Assembly (NCBI RefSeq): GCF_001194135.2
Contig: NC_068983.1
Coordinates: 131,785,243 to 131,849,242 of the forward strand
Length of the DNA: 64,000 nucleotides
Direction: 5' to 3'
DNA from: Octopus bimaculoides
Taxonomy: Eukaryota
Made by a program: the position numbers and the translations under genes
Shown: piece by piece, positions 26,901 to 39,567 of the stretch
Layout of the letters: the number at the start of each line of letters is the position of its first letter
Numbering within the stretch: position 1 is the stretch's first letter
Notes under the pieces: model-generated
What the model saw: the letters and a program-made list of their open reading frames with translations, nothing else
Told to the model about the DNA's origin: nothing
Databases searched by the model: none

Positions 26901-27740
26901 GGGTACATAAAAATAATCAATAAAACTACACAACATAAGACAGAGATATAAGAAACATTTACAATCTTGTAATTTTAGTAAAAGCAGATTATTTTAAAAT
27001 CTTACTGTGAAAACAGATACTGTGGTAAAATCAAAGATTTTTTGCACGTTATAATCATCAGAAGCGACCAATGTGACTTGTTTCAGCATTTAATAACGCT
27101 TTATCACTTTCCCGACCACACAAAAATATAGCAGTTTGTAGCTATTTATAGTAAGCACAAACTCGAATAAACTAACTTTGTCTGTCGTTATTTGCATCAC
27201 AGTGCAAAGGTTGGAAACGTTCATGAATCATTAATCAAATCAATACATGATGCTAACAGATACAGAGAAGTAATACAAATTACTGACCATGGGATTGTAG
27301 TAAAAACACGTTTCTGCTGACGCCATGAAAGTAGATGCTATGGACGATGTTCATATCTGTAGTAAAAAAAAGATTTGTAATCTTCAGCATTTATTTTTGC
27401 TTCACCAGAAATCGATTCATTAAATTCCTGATCCCAAACAGAATACTGGCTTTTCACGATTTATAATTTACACCAACACTGTTCCAACACAGTGGTCAAC
27501 ACAGTCTTACACTCCAGTTTGAATATCACACAGATTGATATTTTCTTGATGATCAGTAAAATGAGCTGCTATTGAAACTAGTCAGACTGATTTCATTGAG
27601 CTTAATGCCGGTATCTACTATGCTGAAATCACTGTGTTTAAATAAATGTGACACATAATCGTTCACTCACACACGTACACACAGACACACGTCAATTTCT
27701 ACTACATCTCGATCTCTCCCTTACCTTCTATATGTACATA

Positions 27741-28643
27741 TACGAGGTACGTTAAAAAAGGATCTGACTTCATTTTTCTCTCCAAATCTTATGCCTTGTA
27801 GGCAAAATCTTTTGGGTAGTAGGTGACGCCACTGTTCCTGCGCATGGGAGAAAATTTGTGCTTCACTAAGCCGCTTCAGTTCCAATTTGTTACACCTAGA
27901 GTAAAGACGTGTAGTGTGCGCCTGTGAAGTTTTCATTTTCAGGCGAAATGACCGAGTGCATGGAATAGAGACCCATATCTCATCCCCTGTGATGATGGCC
28001 TTCAGAAAAAATGGGTCTTAGTTTGCACAGTGCAGTATGTTCTGAGCGATGTACATGTGGAGTTTGTTCTGCTGGCCTGCCAGCACCTTGGGAACGAATT
28101 ACGCCGACACTCTCCGCATGCACATATCATCCGTTTGAATGCAATGTCCTGATCCTATGCTTATTCCCACTTTGTGAGCAATCATCTGAACCGTTATATG
28201 ACGTTCTTCCATGAATATTCGCCGAAAACTTCTCAATCAGCTCCGCATCTCGGCTTGTGGTTGACCTGCTTAAGCGTGTCTCATCTTCCACTGAGATGCA
28301 ACCATGTCTGAAGTGGTTGTAACACTTCTTGATCGGAGTTTTGCCCATGGTATCATCACCAAAGGCCTGCTTGATCTTCTTGTTGGTTTGAGCCTGAGTA
28401 TCACCAAGCTACTGACAAAACTTAATGCAATATCACTAATCGATGCGTTTGGTTAATGAAAACATCCAATGAGCACGCACTTCACGTCGGTACTCTAGGT
28501 GTTACTGACGTAGCCTATTAGTGCGAAAGTGTTCACGCATACGTAAGAGGAGTGTCGTCACATCACACCCAAAGGATTTTGCCTACATGGATTTAGTTTT
28601 GGCGGAAAAAATAAAGTCGCATACTTTTCAAACGCATCTTTTA
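27741..28643 (-). mobile_element. Internally deleted mariner with both TIRs
   Basis: TIRs tacgaggtacgttaaaaaaggatctgacttcattttt / aaaaaataaagtcgcatacttttcaaacgcatc; HTH peptide MGKTPIKKCYNHFRHGCISVEDETRLSR. Confidence 0.82.
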
Positions 28644-28718
28644 TGTATGTGTGTGTATATATATGTATGTGTGTGTATATATATATGTATGTGTGTCTGT
28701 GTCTGTGTGTTTGTGTAA

Positions 28719-28719
<1 letters not shown>

Positions 28720-28758
<39 letters not shown>

Positions 28759-28810
28759 ATAGATAGATAGACAGACAGACAGACAGATAGATATATAGAT
28801 AGATAGATAA

Positions 28811-28871
<61 letters not shown>

Positions 28872-28890
28872 GAGAGAGATATATAGATAA
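28720..28890. repeat. (TA)n/(GATA)n microsatellite
   Basis: Direct reading. Confidence 0.96.
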
Positions 28891-29083
28891 ATAGATATTT
28901 CTTATTCTTAAACAAGAATCTTATTGACGATGACTTCAAATTTTGCTTCTCGCAGTGATATTTATAGCGTAATGCTATTTCTTTTTTTGTTTATATATGC
29001 TTTCATTCAGCTACTTATCAGGTAAAATCCGAAATTAATCTAAAATGAATTAAGCGATCCTTCAATAAATATATAAGCTATAT

Positions 29084-29487
29084 ACAGGAGTGGGTGTGTG
29101 GTGAGTAGCTTTCTTACTAGTCACATGGTTTCGCATTGAGTCCCACTGCATGACACCTTGGGCAAGTGTCTTCTACTATAGCCTTGGACCGACCAAAGCC
29201 TTGTGAGGGGATTTCGTACACAGGAATTGAAAGAAGCCCGTGCGTGCGTGCGTGCGTGCATGTGTGTGTCTGTGTGTGTATACGCTTCTGTGTCTGTGTT
29301 TGTTCCCCCAACATCGCTTGACAACAGATACTGGTGTGTTTACGTCCCTATAACCTAGCGGTTCGGCATAAGAGACAGATACAATAACTACTAGGCTTAC
29401 AAAACATAACTTCTGGGCTCGACTAAAGGCAGTGCTGTAGCATGGCTGCAGTGAAATGACTGTAACAAGTAAAAGAATAAAAGAATG
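29084..29487 (+). mobile_element. SINE family A, essentially complete
   Basis: A-box-like head caggagtgggtgtgtggtgagtagc; caccttgggcaagtgtcttctactatagcc; central microsatellite; tail gtaaaagaataaaagaat. Confidence 0.88.
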
Positions 29488-29506
29488 TTTGTGTGTGCGT
29501 GAGTGA

Positions 29507-29627
<121 letters not shown>

Positions 29628-30384
29628 TCCTAAATATTATTATGTTAGTTGAATGCGCCATAATTTTGTCACATATATGTGGACACAGAGATGCATGTGT
29701 GTGTATTTACAAATATTTACAATTGCTTGTGCTTAGTGTGCCTAGTCATGTAGGGATAATTCCTATAACTTGTTGTTATAATAGCACAATTCACATTTCA
29801 CACCGTTTTTTAGAAAGCTTTCAAAAGTTTCTCCACATAGACAAGCAGGACAATAGGTTACATTAATAGTTGTGGAACATGTTCGTGTTCTTTCGATATA
29901 CCAAAATGATTCGTTCTTTATTCAATGTTTTCTTTCATGAGCTAGAAATTGAAATAAAACATCACGGCACCGATATTTGAACAGAAAAGATAGATTCGTC
30001 GTTTGATTTCTTTGAGATGTTACAGATAAAAGGTAGGAATTATAAGATGTTATATATCATATATATATTCTCGCTAAAATATATTTCTTCATATTCCTCT
30101 CATAAATTGCCAGGCACTCACAATTTTGACGCGAAAATATATTCTAATGGATACATTACTTATTGCAGTCTGATGAAGGTAACAAGGCAAGTTTCCGTAT
30201 CAATAATAAGGTTGATAAAAATCTGTAACAGAATATTTTTTTTATAGATGTCAGAGGCATAAAATACTAACTCAAAGAAGAAGTGAATTATTTTGAAATA
30301 TTTTAGCTGTACGGTTAAGCAGTTCTGTTTAAAATATGAGATGCTAAGAACGAATAGTTTTGGCGGAAAAACATTTTTTTCTTC

Positions 30385-30600
30385 TAATACTTGTTTCAGT
30401 TACTTGACTGCAGCCATGCTGGAGCATTGCCTTAAAGAGTTTTAGTCGAAGAAAAGAACTTCAAGACTTATTCTTTTTAAGCCTAGTACTTATGCTATCG
30501 GTTTCATTTGACGAACCACTAAGTAATGGGAACGTAACCTCAGTAGTATCGGTTGTCAAGTGATGGTGGGGGGGACAAACACAGATACAAACACACGGAG
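30385..30600 (-). mobile_element. SINE family A, 3' half
   Basis: acttgtttcagttacttgactgcagccatgctggagc...ggttgtcaagtgatggtggggggg acaaacac. Confidence 0.85.
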
Positions 30601-30753
30601 AGAAATATATACATATATGTATGCATTTATATGTATATAAGGGCATTCCTACAGAATAATGCCACACAACAGACATCCCAAATAAACACATTTTAGTACC
30701 GAATGCGAGGAAAGCAACCATCAAAAGAAACCAACTTTCTTTTAAACAACTCA

Positions 30754-30817
30754 ACTATGTATCGACCGATTTCGAGATTACCGGAATGGCATCTAGTTTC
30801 CGCTCATCACGCATAGT
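30754..30817 (-). ncRNA. Candidate type I minimal hammerhead ribozyme (one-base insertion in the core)
   Basis: ACUAUG-C(G)UGAUGA-[stem II region with CGGAA/UUCCG and closing G-C]-GAAA-UCG GU CGA-UA-CAUAGU; 6-bp stem I, near-palindromic stem III. Confidence 0.55.
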
Positions 30818-31333
30818 ATAATACAAAATATATATAAATAAATGAATAAATAAATATTCAATGCTGAATCTTATATATGTATGCATGTATATTTATATAT
30901 ATGTAATTATAAATCTATAATTACAGGTTTTCTTATACACACATACCATTAAATTAAGCATTATTCCCTCTATTCTTCCAGCATTTTATTAATTAAATAT
31001 TTTATTTTTTCTTCCTATTTTTGGTAGGATGTTTTAATATTTTAGTTATAAATCCACTTGACTCGTTATTTAATATAGTATTTTTATTTCATACTTTGCA
31101 CACCTCTTTAAGGACATACATAATGCAAATTTTCTATCTAGCCCATTTTATATACTTGGTTTACTCATTTATATTTCATTAATTACATCTCCTTGACTGT
31201 TAGTTCTCCATTGATTTTATATTTGATCCTTTCTCCAACCTATATACACATATAATATAATTACAGAGTAATTTTATTTATCTCTTAGTAAGCAAATTTA
31301 TACCTTTTAATTCCCATCTCTCTCTTTAAACGC

Positions 31334-31371
<38 letters not shown>

Positions 31372-31429
31372 AAAAAATTTAAAGCTTTTCTATCTTACAC
31401 GAATGTTTCCTTTATATATATATATACAA

Positions 31430-31595
31430 TATATAATCGACTCCAGTCAGTTTCCGTCTCCCAAATCCACTTACAAGGCTTTGGTCGACCTGCGGCTATA
31501 CTAGAAGACAGTTGCTCAAGGTGCTACGGAGTGGAACTGAACCCAGTTCTATGTGGTTATGAAACAAGTTTGTTACCATACATCCACGTCCGTGG
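31430..31595 (-). mobile_element. SINE family A, 5' half
   Basis: cagtttccgtctcccaaatccacttacaaggctttggtcg...ggaactgaacccag..tatgtggtt. Confidence 0.85.
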
Positions 31596-31639
31596 CTAAA
31601 ACTTTAAAGAATGTTCTCCAGGTATAATGTGTGTGTATG

Positions 31640-31792
31640 GTATGTATGTATGTATGTATGTATGTATGTATGTATGCATGCATGTATGCATGTCACCTGT
31701 CCTCGTCTGTTGTTATTATTTGTATATTCTCCCATATATATATATATATATATATATATAGGCATGTATATATATATATATATATGTGTGTG

Positions 31793-31830
<38 letters not shown>
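31640..31830. repeat. (TATG)n and (TA)n microsatellite cluster
   Basis: Direct reading. Confidence 0.93.
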
Positions 31831-32129
31831 AGAGGTACTCTCCTGTCGTTAGACGGCGTATGAGGGTTCGACAATTATTTACTGAACAACCACACACATG
31901 ATTTGCATATAGAAATCAAACTTTTGTGTAGACATGCGCTCACTTCCTTCATCACATCGACGTTACCTGTACAGGTGCAACGGGTGCGACATGTCATATA
32001 TATATATATATGTACATATGTACATATATACATAGATGCATACATATATACATGGATATATACATACATGTATACATATATACATGCAACATATATGCAT
32101 GCATACATACATACACATGCATATATTTG

Positions 32130-32390
32130 TAGACCCAGGCGTGACTGAGTGGATTTGTTTGGAAGAAACTGTAAGAAGCCCATTGTATATATAGAGGTGT
32201 GTGTGTGTGTGAGTGAGTGTGTGTGTATGATGTGAATTTACGTGTGTGATATTTGCCTTTGTCGTCCACCTCCAATTAGCAACTGGTGTCTATTGGTTTA
32301 TTTCCACATAAATTAGTGTAAGTCAAATAGAGACGATGGAATATGTGCCAGACTTAAAAACGAATAAATTTTGCGGTTAATTAGGTCGAC
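32130..32390 (+). mobile_element. SINE family A-related copy, decayed
   Basis: gtgactgagtggatttgtttggaagaaactgtaagaagccc, then microsatellite, then a variant tail. Confidence 0.55.
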
Positions 32391-32667
32391 TAAACCCTCG
32401 GAGGTGATTCTCCAAATTCACCTCACTCCAATGCCTGAAACAAACAAAAGGAAAGATAAAATAAAATAAANNNNNNNNNNNNNNNNNNNNNNNNNNNNNN
32501 NNNNNNNNNNNNNNNNNNNNNNNNNNNNNNNNNNNNNNNNNNNNNNNNNNNNNNNNNNNNNNNNNNNNNNNNNNNNNNNNNNNNNNNNNNNNNNNNNNNN
32601 NNNNNNNNNNNNNNNNNNNNNNNNNNNNNNNNNNNNNNNNNNNNNNNNNNNNNNNNNNNNNNNNNNN

Positions 32668-32700
<33 letters not shown>

Positions 32701-32769
32701 TATATACGTGCGCGAGTGTGTATCTGTGTGCATGTGTGTGTTTGTACACAAGTGCGCGCACCCACACTC

Positions 32770-34028
32770 ACACAAAAATTTCCTGGACTAGTTCTGTAGC
32801 GCCCCAACAGATGTCAGTAGACGGTTGAGTGCACAATGGGAGCTAGCAGTGACATTCATGAGCCTGTGTGCCGAGTGACATTGCTGTGTTTACTTAGCAA
32901 GATTTGAAATTTGTTATTTGGTGATCACGTTTATGCTGTTGTCTGCAATTTTGTCATACATAAGAAGTTGGAACAAAGAACCAACGGGAAATTTTGCGTT
33001 AAAATTGAGAGGTTTGCTACGGAGATATTGAATTTGCTTCGGCAAGCTTACAGCGACGAGGCAATTGTTCGTACACAATGTTCCGAGTGGCAGGAGCGCT
33101 TCAAAAGCGGAAAGGCATACCTGGGAAACGATGAGCGAACTGGAAGACCTGTCACGAGCATCCCCCATGGAGATGTGAAGCAACTTCATCAGCTTGTGCA
33201 CGAGGATAGCTGGAGCACAATCAGCGACGTTGCTGATGTTGTTGATCTGTCGTATGGGTCCGTACAGTCAATCCTAACTTCTAAATTGAACATGTGGCGT
33301 GTCTACCGAGTTTGTCCCCCGCCCGCAGACCACTGAGCAGAACGAACATCGCATCGATTTCTGTCAATATCTCCTTCAGTGTGCCGCTGATAATCCATTC
33401 TTTATACTGAGATCGTCACCGGCGAGGAAAGTTGTGTCTACGGGTATGACACTGAAACGATACCGTAGTCGTCACAAAGGAGGAACCCTTCATCTCCAGA
33501 ACTGAACACGACTCAACAGACAGCAGCTCAATCAAAGTCATGCTCATCATTCTTTTTTTCTACATCTGCACTATTGTGCATCGAAATTCGACAGACAGTC
33601 AATCGAGAGTTCTACTGACACGATTTGAAGCGTTTGAGGGAGATATTCGGCGGAAGCGACCGGATCTGTGGAGTGCGAAGAATTGGATATTTCACTGAGC
33701 TCCTCTGACTAATGAGTTTCTCGACGAAATCAACGTGGTAACGCTTCCACACCCGCCGTATTCGCCCGATTTAACACTGGAAATCTCTTCCCCAAGATGA
33801 AAATGCAGCTCAAAGGTCACTGTTTTAACACCGTTGTCAAGATCTAAACCGAATCGCAGAAGGTCCTCGACTGGCTTACGAACAAAGACCTCCAGGCCGG
33901 ATTCCAAAAGTGGCGGGAACGCTGGGACCAGTGTATTGTTGCGCAAGGTGACTATTCCGAAGGCGGCAAGCAAGTTATTTTCTATTAGACACAAGTTATC
34001 CGGGAAATTTTTGTTACCACCTTGAATA
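32770..34028 (+). mobile_element. Mariner element, near full length, frameshifted
   Basis: EQRTNGKFCVK..EILNLLRQAYSDEA..EWQERFKSG..DERTGRP; EFVPR; IVTGEE; LPHPPYSPDL; TIR core acaaaaatttcctgga / tccgggaaatttttgt. Confidence 0.9.
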
Positions 34029-34035
34029 CACTTTT

Positions 34036-34036
<1 letters not shown>

Positions 34037-34125
<89 letters not shown>
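34037..34125. repeat. (GT)n microsatellite
   Basis: Direct reading. Confidence 0.98.
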
Positions 34126-34128
<3 letters not shown>

Positions 34129-34477
34129 TGTGTGGTAGCGTGTGCATGCGTCACGCGTTTATTCTCATATTAAAAGTAAAATTTATGACGGACCACAAGT
34201 CAAATTTAAGCCAACAGAGTAACGGTAGAACCCTGGAGAAAAGTTTTAAACGGCTACTAAGCCGGTGTAAATCAATAGAGTCAGTTGTCGTATATCAAGT
34301 AGAAACACTTTGTTGATACACAGCGTCGTTAAATGATTTTGAACAATAAATCAATAACGTTCAGAGATCTTACAGGGAAAATGTTAACCAGTAGTAGCAA
34401 TACAGTGAAAAGTCTCAGTGATTTTGAGGCAAAATTAAAAGCGAAAGATGACGAAGACATTCAGTATTTTTCTTAAA

Positions 34478-34836
34478 AAATGGAAAAAAAAAAAGAATCT
34501 CTGTGCTGTGTATTGATGGCATTTCAGATTCACTACCATTAGAGAAACACATGAATCTTATTTTGGGAAAATACTGAATCTTGCTTTGCATTAATGGAAT
34601 TAGAATGATAATCCAAACGCCATCCATAATTAGCACATTGCGTCGAAATGCCTTGCCAATGCCGAAAAATGTGAAAGGTATAAAGAATTAGTTTTAAAAG
34701 AACTCGACATTGGCGAGATTGTTGTCTATCTCATGCGGGATAGAAAAAAATGTAGCTACAAGCCTGAAGCAAGTGTGTAACAAAAGCTTGGATTCACTTT
34801 AGATAAGTGGTTCTCAAACATTTTCGGATTGCTGCC
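34478..34836 (+). repeat. Diverged direct repeat, copy 1 (flank plus hAT terminus)
   Basis: Aligns by eye with 35728-36112, e.g. tattgatggcatttcagatt, taattagcacattgcg, actcgacattggcgagattg. Confidence 0.9.
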
Positions 34837-36310
34837 ATCTTGGCCATCAGCCCACATTCCTAGCGGTCCTCTCCCATGCACACACACTACCTCACCATAA
34901 ACATAGATCTCTTCTTACCGAAAAATGGAAACAGTCGTATCTCACTTATAAAAATTAACATTGTTTAACCCATTATTTTGCTGTTTTTACAGTATGAATC
35001 AACAAATTTACATCTCACTGTAAATAAATTGTTTTAGTATTTTTACTGTGATGAATGTACTTTGTGCAAGGATATCAGCTTCCCAACATCGGGCTGAGAG
35101 ACACCAATAAGTAGTCTTTGATCCTTGTGTTCAATAATGTTCAGTCTGGTTTTACTTTGCTTAGAAATAAAGTGGACAGCTGTACTGAAGCCCGGCTTAT
35201 TGAACATGACTTTGGGTAGACAATAAAGTACATTAACACTGTGTTCTGCAGTGCAGGGTAGCAATAAGAAATGCAATCAAAAGTCCTGATATGATTTCTT
35301 CGAATTTTCGGCTCAGCTAAGTATCATTTTAAAGTCAAACAAGCTCGGCCTCCGCTAATATTGTTTCCTCATTATTGATATCTAGGAATCTCTCAGATTG
35401 GTATTTTAAACAAAAAAGAAATATCTTGAAGTCCGTCAGATATGTCTCTATGCAGTTCATCGAGATGTGAACAATATCTTGAATAGTATCTCCTGATATG
35501 CATTTTTCTTTCTCCAGTTCAGGGAGGCTCTGAAACTGTAAGCTCTTACAACAGCTTTGGTTGTATTTGAATAACTCGAACAGAAACGTGGAGAGAGTTT
35601 TGATTTTAACTTGATAAGATTTAACTTTATTTCCTTGTGGTTGCAAATTATTTCTTTTAAGCTTTGTGAGTCTTGCTTGATGTTTCTTAGTTCATCACAA
35701 ACAACAGAATCAGGGCATTGCAAGCGAAATGGAAAACAAATCTCTGTGACATTGTGGTATTGATGGCATTTCAGATTTCATTACTATTGGAGTAATACAT
35801 TAATCTCTTTTGGGGAAAATACTAAATCTTTCTCTGCATTAATGGAGTTGGAATGATAATTCATATGCCATCCCTAATTAGCACATTGCGTTGAAATGCC
35901 TTCCCAAAGCCGAAATATGTGAATAATATAAATAATTAGTTTTAAAATAACTCGACATTGGCGAGATTGTCGTCTAAGAAACAAGAAATACCATTCTGAC
36001 CGCAATCTCATGTGGGATAGGAAACCAAATAGCCATAAGTCTGAAGCTATTTTGTGACAAAATTAAGAATGCTATTTAGATAAGTGGTACTGAAAATTAT
36101 CGGACTGCCGCCCCCAACTGATTTAAAAAGCGAGTAGAAACTTTCAAGCTGTTTCCCGTCAGCATCCATCGAACCTCCGTATGTAGAAACAATAGTTCAA
36201 AATCTTTATCATTCTCATTGCAGAGCTGATGAAACAGTGGGGAACTGAGAATATGATACTTGGTGCCATTTACGGCTGTAATAACTGTGTTCAACGATTT
36301 AAGTTTACTA
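34805..36310 (-). mobile_element. hAT (Charlie/Buster-like) transposon 3' remnant with terminal TIR
   Basis: LFHQLCNENDKDFELLFLHTEVRW (LHTEVRW motif); GFSTAV..KTRLNI..KLISLHKVHSS dimerisation-type tail; TIR-like aagtggttctcaaaca at 34805. Confidence 0.88.
35728..36112 (+). repeat. Diverged direct repeat, copy 2, embedded inside the hAT transposase
   Basis: Same sequence as 34478-34836 with a roughly 30-bp insertion near 35977-36005. Confidence 0.9.
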
Positions 36311-36801
36311 CTTAGATTATTTGGAACGTGTGCAAACTCACTAGGTATAGCATTTTCAATAAATTAATGAAACAGGGATGACAAACAACTATCAATGGTG
36401 TTCTTAGAAAACGAAATACTATTTCTTAGAAAACGAAATACTACATTTTTGTATCTGTTTCTAGTTATCTTTAAATAATAGCTCTTGAACCAAACTTTTA
36501 TGAAACAAACATAAACAAGAAAGAAATGGCATTAACCTGACTGCAAATTTGGTCACTATGTGTATGTTTCACAATATACTTTAACTATTATAGCATTCCA
36601 GATTTTGAAACACCTGTAATAAGCATTTTTAGAGAAAATGAAAATAAAAGACAACAAACGAAAATTTCAATTTATTCATTATGGCTTTGCCAAATTAGTT
36701 TTTCTATAAAAATACAAATTGTTTCAAAATGTGGAATACTACATACCGAAAAGCAAAATAGAAACAAAAAGTAGCTATGGTTTGTATTTAAATGGTGGGA
36801 T

Positions 36802-36905
<104 letters not shown>

Positions 36906-37339
36906 TGGCGGGGGGATAAGGATTTTAGACGTTGGAAAAAAATTACTTTGAAAGTTTTCTTTTGAAGAAAGTCCGTTTGTGAGTATTTTGAAATATGGAA
37001 CGCCAGTGAAATATGGAAAATTGCCGAAAAATACGAGAAATTCCGATTTACGTGAGACAGCTATTCTGAAAATCCGACAAACACATAATTAAATACCTTT
37101 TTAAGAAAAATGCGTAATGATAAAGGTTCTAAAATATAAGCTTAAAAACAAGAAAAAAATTGGTGTACTTATTACTGACACTGAACTAATTTTAAAAAGA
37201 AATATTTGTACAAATTTATATTTATTTTACCTGTTATTTTTACATTACCTGTTATTTTATATGTATATATATATATATCATATATAAAATAGAAATGTAT
37301 GTGTATCTGCTTTTCAGGTGAAAACGGTTTCACCCGTTA

Positions 37340-38260
37340 CTTCCATATTTGTGATGCATGAATACATTAGTTTTAATAGGAGACTTCAGAGAGACATCAC
37401 TAGTCATTCCGAGTCGGACAAGATCTGATGAAATTAAAACGTGCATTAAGTCTTCACACCTACGGAATAAAGTACTGAAATTCTCCTTCAATACTAATGT
37501 ACGACCGTTATTACACGGGGAGCAATATGCAAAAGAGTTTTCAGCCTGGCTTTCCAATTAGGAAATGGGAAAGCACCATTTGATGGAAATGATGATATCA
37601 GTTTGGCTCATATTGCTATCATGGTGAATCCCCACCTGAATTGAAGAACATGTTATTTCAAGACTTAAGTAATAATTATAATTCACATAAATGGTTGTGT
37701 AAAAGAGCATTTCGTGCTCCCAATAATGAAACACTAGGAGCAATTAACCATGAATTAATGATTAGGATTCCAACAGCCATTAAAAGTACAAATCAGTTGA
37801 TTCAATCCTTGATGAAAATCAAGCTGTCCATTACCCAACAAAGTTCCTTGATTCTCTTGAGCTAAATGGAACTCCTCTATATAAACTTTTCTGAAGGGTG
37901 GAGTCCCAATAATGCTTCTAAGAAATTTGGATCATCCTAAATTATGCAATGGGACAAGGGTGATTGTGAAGACATTAACATCTAATGTGACAGAAGCTAC
38001 CATCACCAATGGATCTGCTTCTAGGTAAAAAGTTTGTATTCCAAGTTTTCCAATCAAACCAACAGACATGTCATTTGAATTCAAACTAACACAACTCCCA
38101 GTGCAACTTTGATTTGAAATGTCTATTAAAGCTCAAGGTCAGTCTTCGAAATCTACTGTCTTGCTTTTCTCATGGTTACCTTCATGCTGGGAATTTGAAA
38201 GACTTATTTGTCTATGCTCTAAACAAGAAAACAAAGAATGTTGTTTACTAAGAAGTTCTT
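37340..38260 (+). mobile_element. Helitron RepHel PIF1-like helicase C-terminal remnant
   Basis: LIGDFRETSLVIP.RTRSDEIKTCIKSSHL; HKWLCKRA; VPIMLLRNLD..LCNGTR; KAQGQS; CFSHG; KTKNVVY*EVL. Confidence 0.92.
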
Positions 38261-38329
38261 TATAATTTCATTCAACGTATGTGGTAAAATTTATCTCTTT
38301 CACAAAAGTGGTAAATTTCGTATTTTCGT

Positions 38330-38371
38330 TTTATTATTATTATTATTATCATTATTATTATTATTATTATT

Positions 38372-38416
<45 letters not shown>

Positions 38417-38418
38417 AT
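38330..38418. repeat. (TTA)n(TTG)n microsatellite
   Basis: Direct reading. Confidence 0.97.
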
Positions 38419-38479
38419 TCAGTAGTTTTATTTTTATAGCGTGCGTTCACTTCACTACCGATCGCAGCTCTGTGTGCCT

Positions 38480-38541
38480 TGGGAACCCGGAACCATGTGA
38501 TTGATAAGCAGGCTACTTACTACACAGCCACTCCTGCGCCC
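38480..38541 (-). mobile_element. SINE family A tRNA-like head only
   Basis: gaacccggaaccatgtg...cttactacacagccactcctgcgcc. Confidence 0.85.
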
Positions 38542-39191
38542 ATATATGTGTATATATGTATAGAGAGAGAGCGACTATATATATATATATATANNNNNNN
38601 NNNNNNNNNNNNNNNNNNNNNNNNNNNNNNNNNNNNNNNNNNNNNNNNNNNNNNNNNNNNNNNNNNNNNNNNNNNNNNNNNNNNNNNNNNNNNNNNNNNN
38701 NNNNNNNNNNNNNNNNNNNNNNNNNNNNNNNNNNNNNNNNNNNNNNNNNNNNNNNNNNNNNNNNNNNNNNNNNNNNNNNNNNNNNNNNNNNNNNNNNNNN
38801 NNNNNNNNNNNNNNNNNNNNNNNNNNNNNNNNNNNNNNNNNNNNNNNNNNNNNNNNNNNNNNNNNNNNNNNNNNNNNNNNNNNNNNNNNNNNNNNNNNNN
38901 NNNNNNNNNNNNNNNNNNNNNNNNNNNNNNNNNNNNNNNNNNNNNNNNNNNNNNNNNNNNNNNNNNNNNNNNNNNNNNNNNNNNNNNNNNNNNNNNNNNN
39001 NNGTGTCTGGGGAGAGGCATGCTCTTTTTTGTGCCTTATAATTTAACACATTTACCGGTAAAATTTCCATTTATTTCTTATTTTTATTTTCCTAAAATTT
39101 TCGTTGCGTCTTGCAGCCTTTTCAATAGTCTTGGCTGTGTCCGTTATTTACACTGCGTTCCTTTTTGTTTGTCTGTGCACATGTGTTTGGT

Positions 39192-39231
<40 letters not shown>

Positions 39232-39376
39232 CTATGCATGCATGTATGTATGTATTACGCATATGTGTGTACGTATATGTATGTGTGTGCATATGTATAT
39301 ATGTATTTATATGTGTGCATCTGTATGTATGTATTCTGCATACTCATGTGCTTGCATGTCCGTGTTTGCCTATTTT

Positions 39377-39431
<55 letters not shown>

Positions 39432-39567
39432 TTGTGTGTGTGTGTTTGTTTGTATATGTATGCACCTCTGTCCCTTTATGTGTGCATGTCTGAGCGTGTG
39501 TGTTTGTGTGTTTTGCAACTATGTACTGTGTTTGTATGTATGGATGTGCATCTCCATATGTGTTAAG

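Noticed and set aside
30165-30235. CTGATGA followed by a partial stem
   Set aside because: There is no GAAA at the required position and no matching stem I.
38480-38541. Possible tRNA gene
   Set aside because: It is the tRNA-like head of SINE family A, with no complete cloverleaf.
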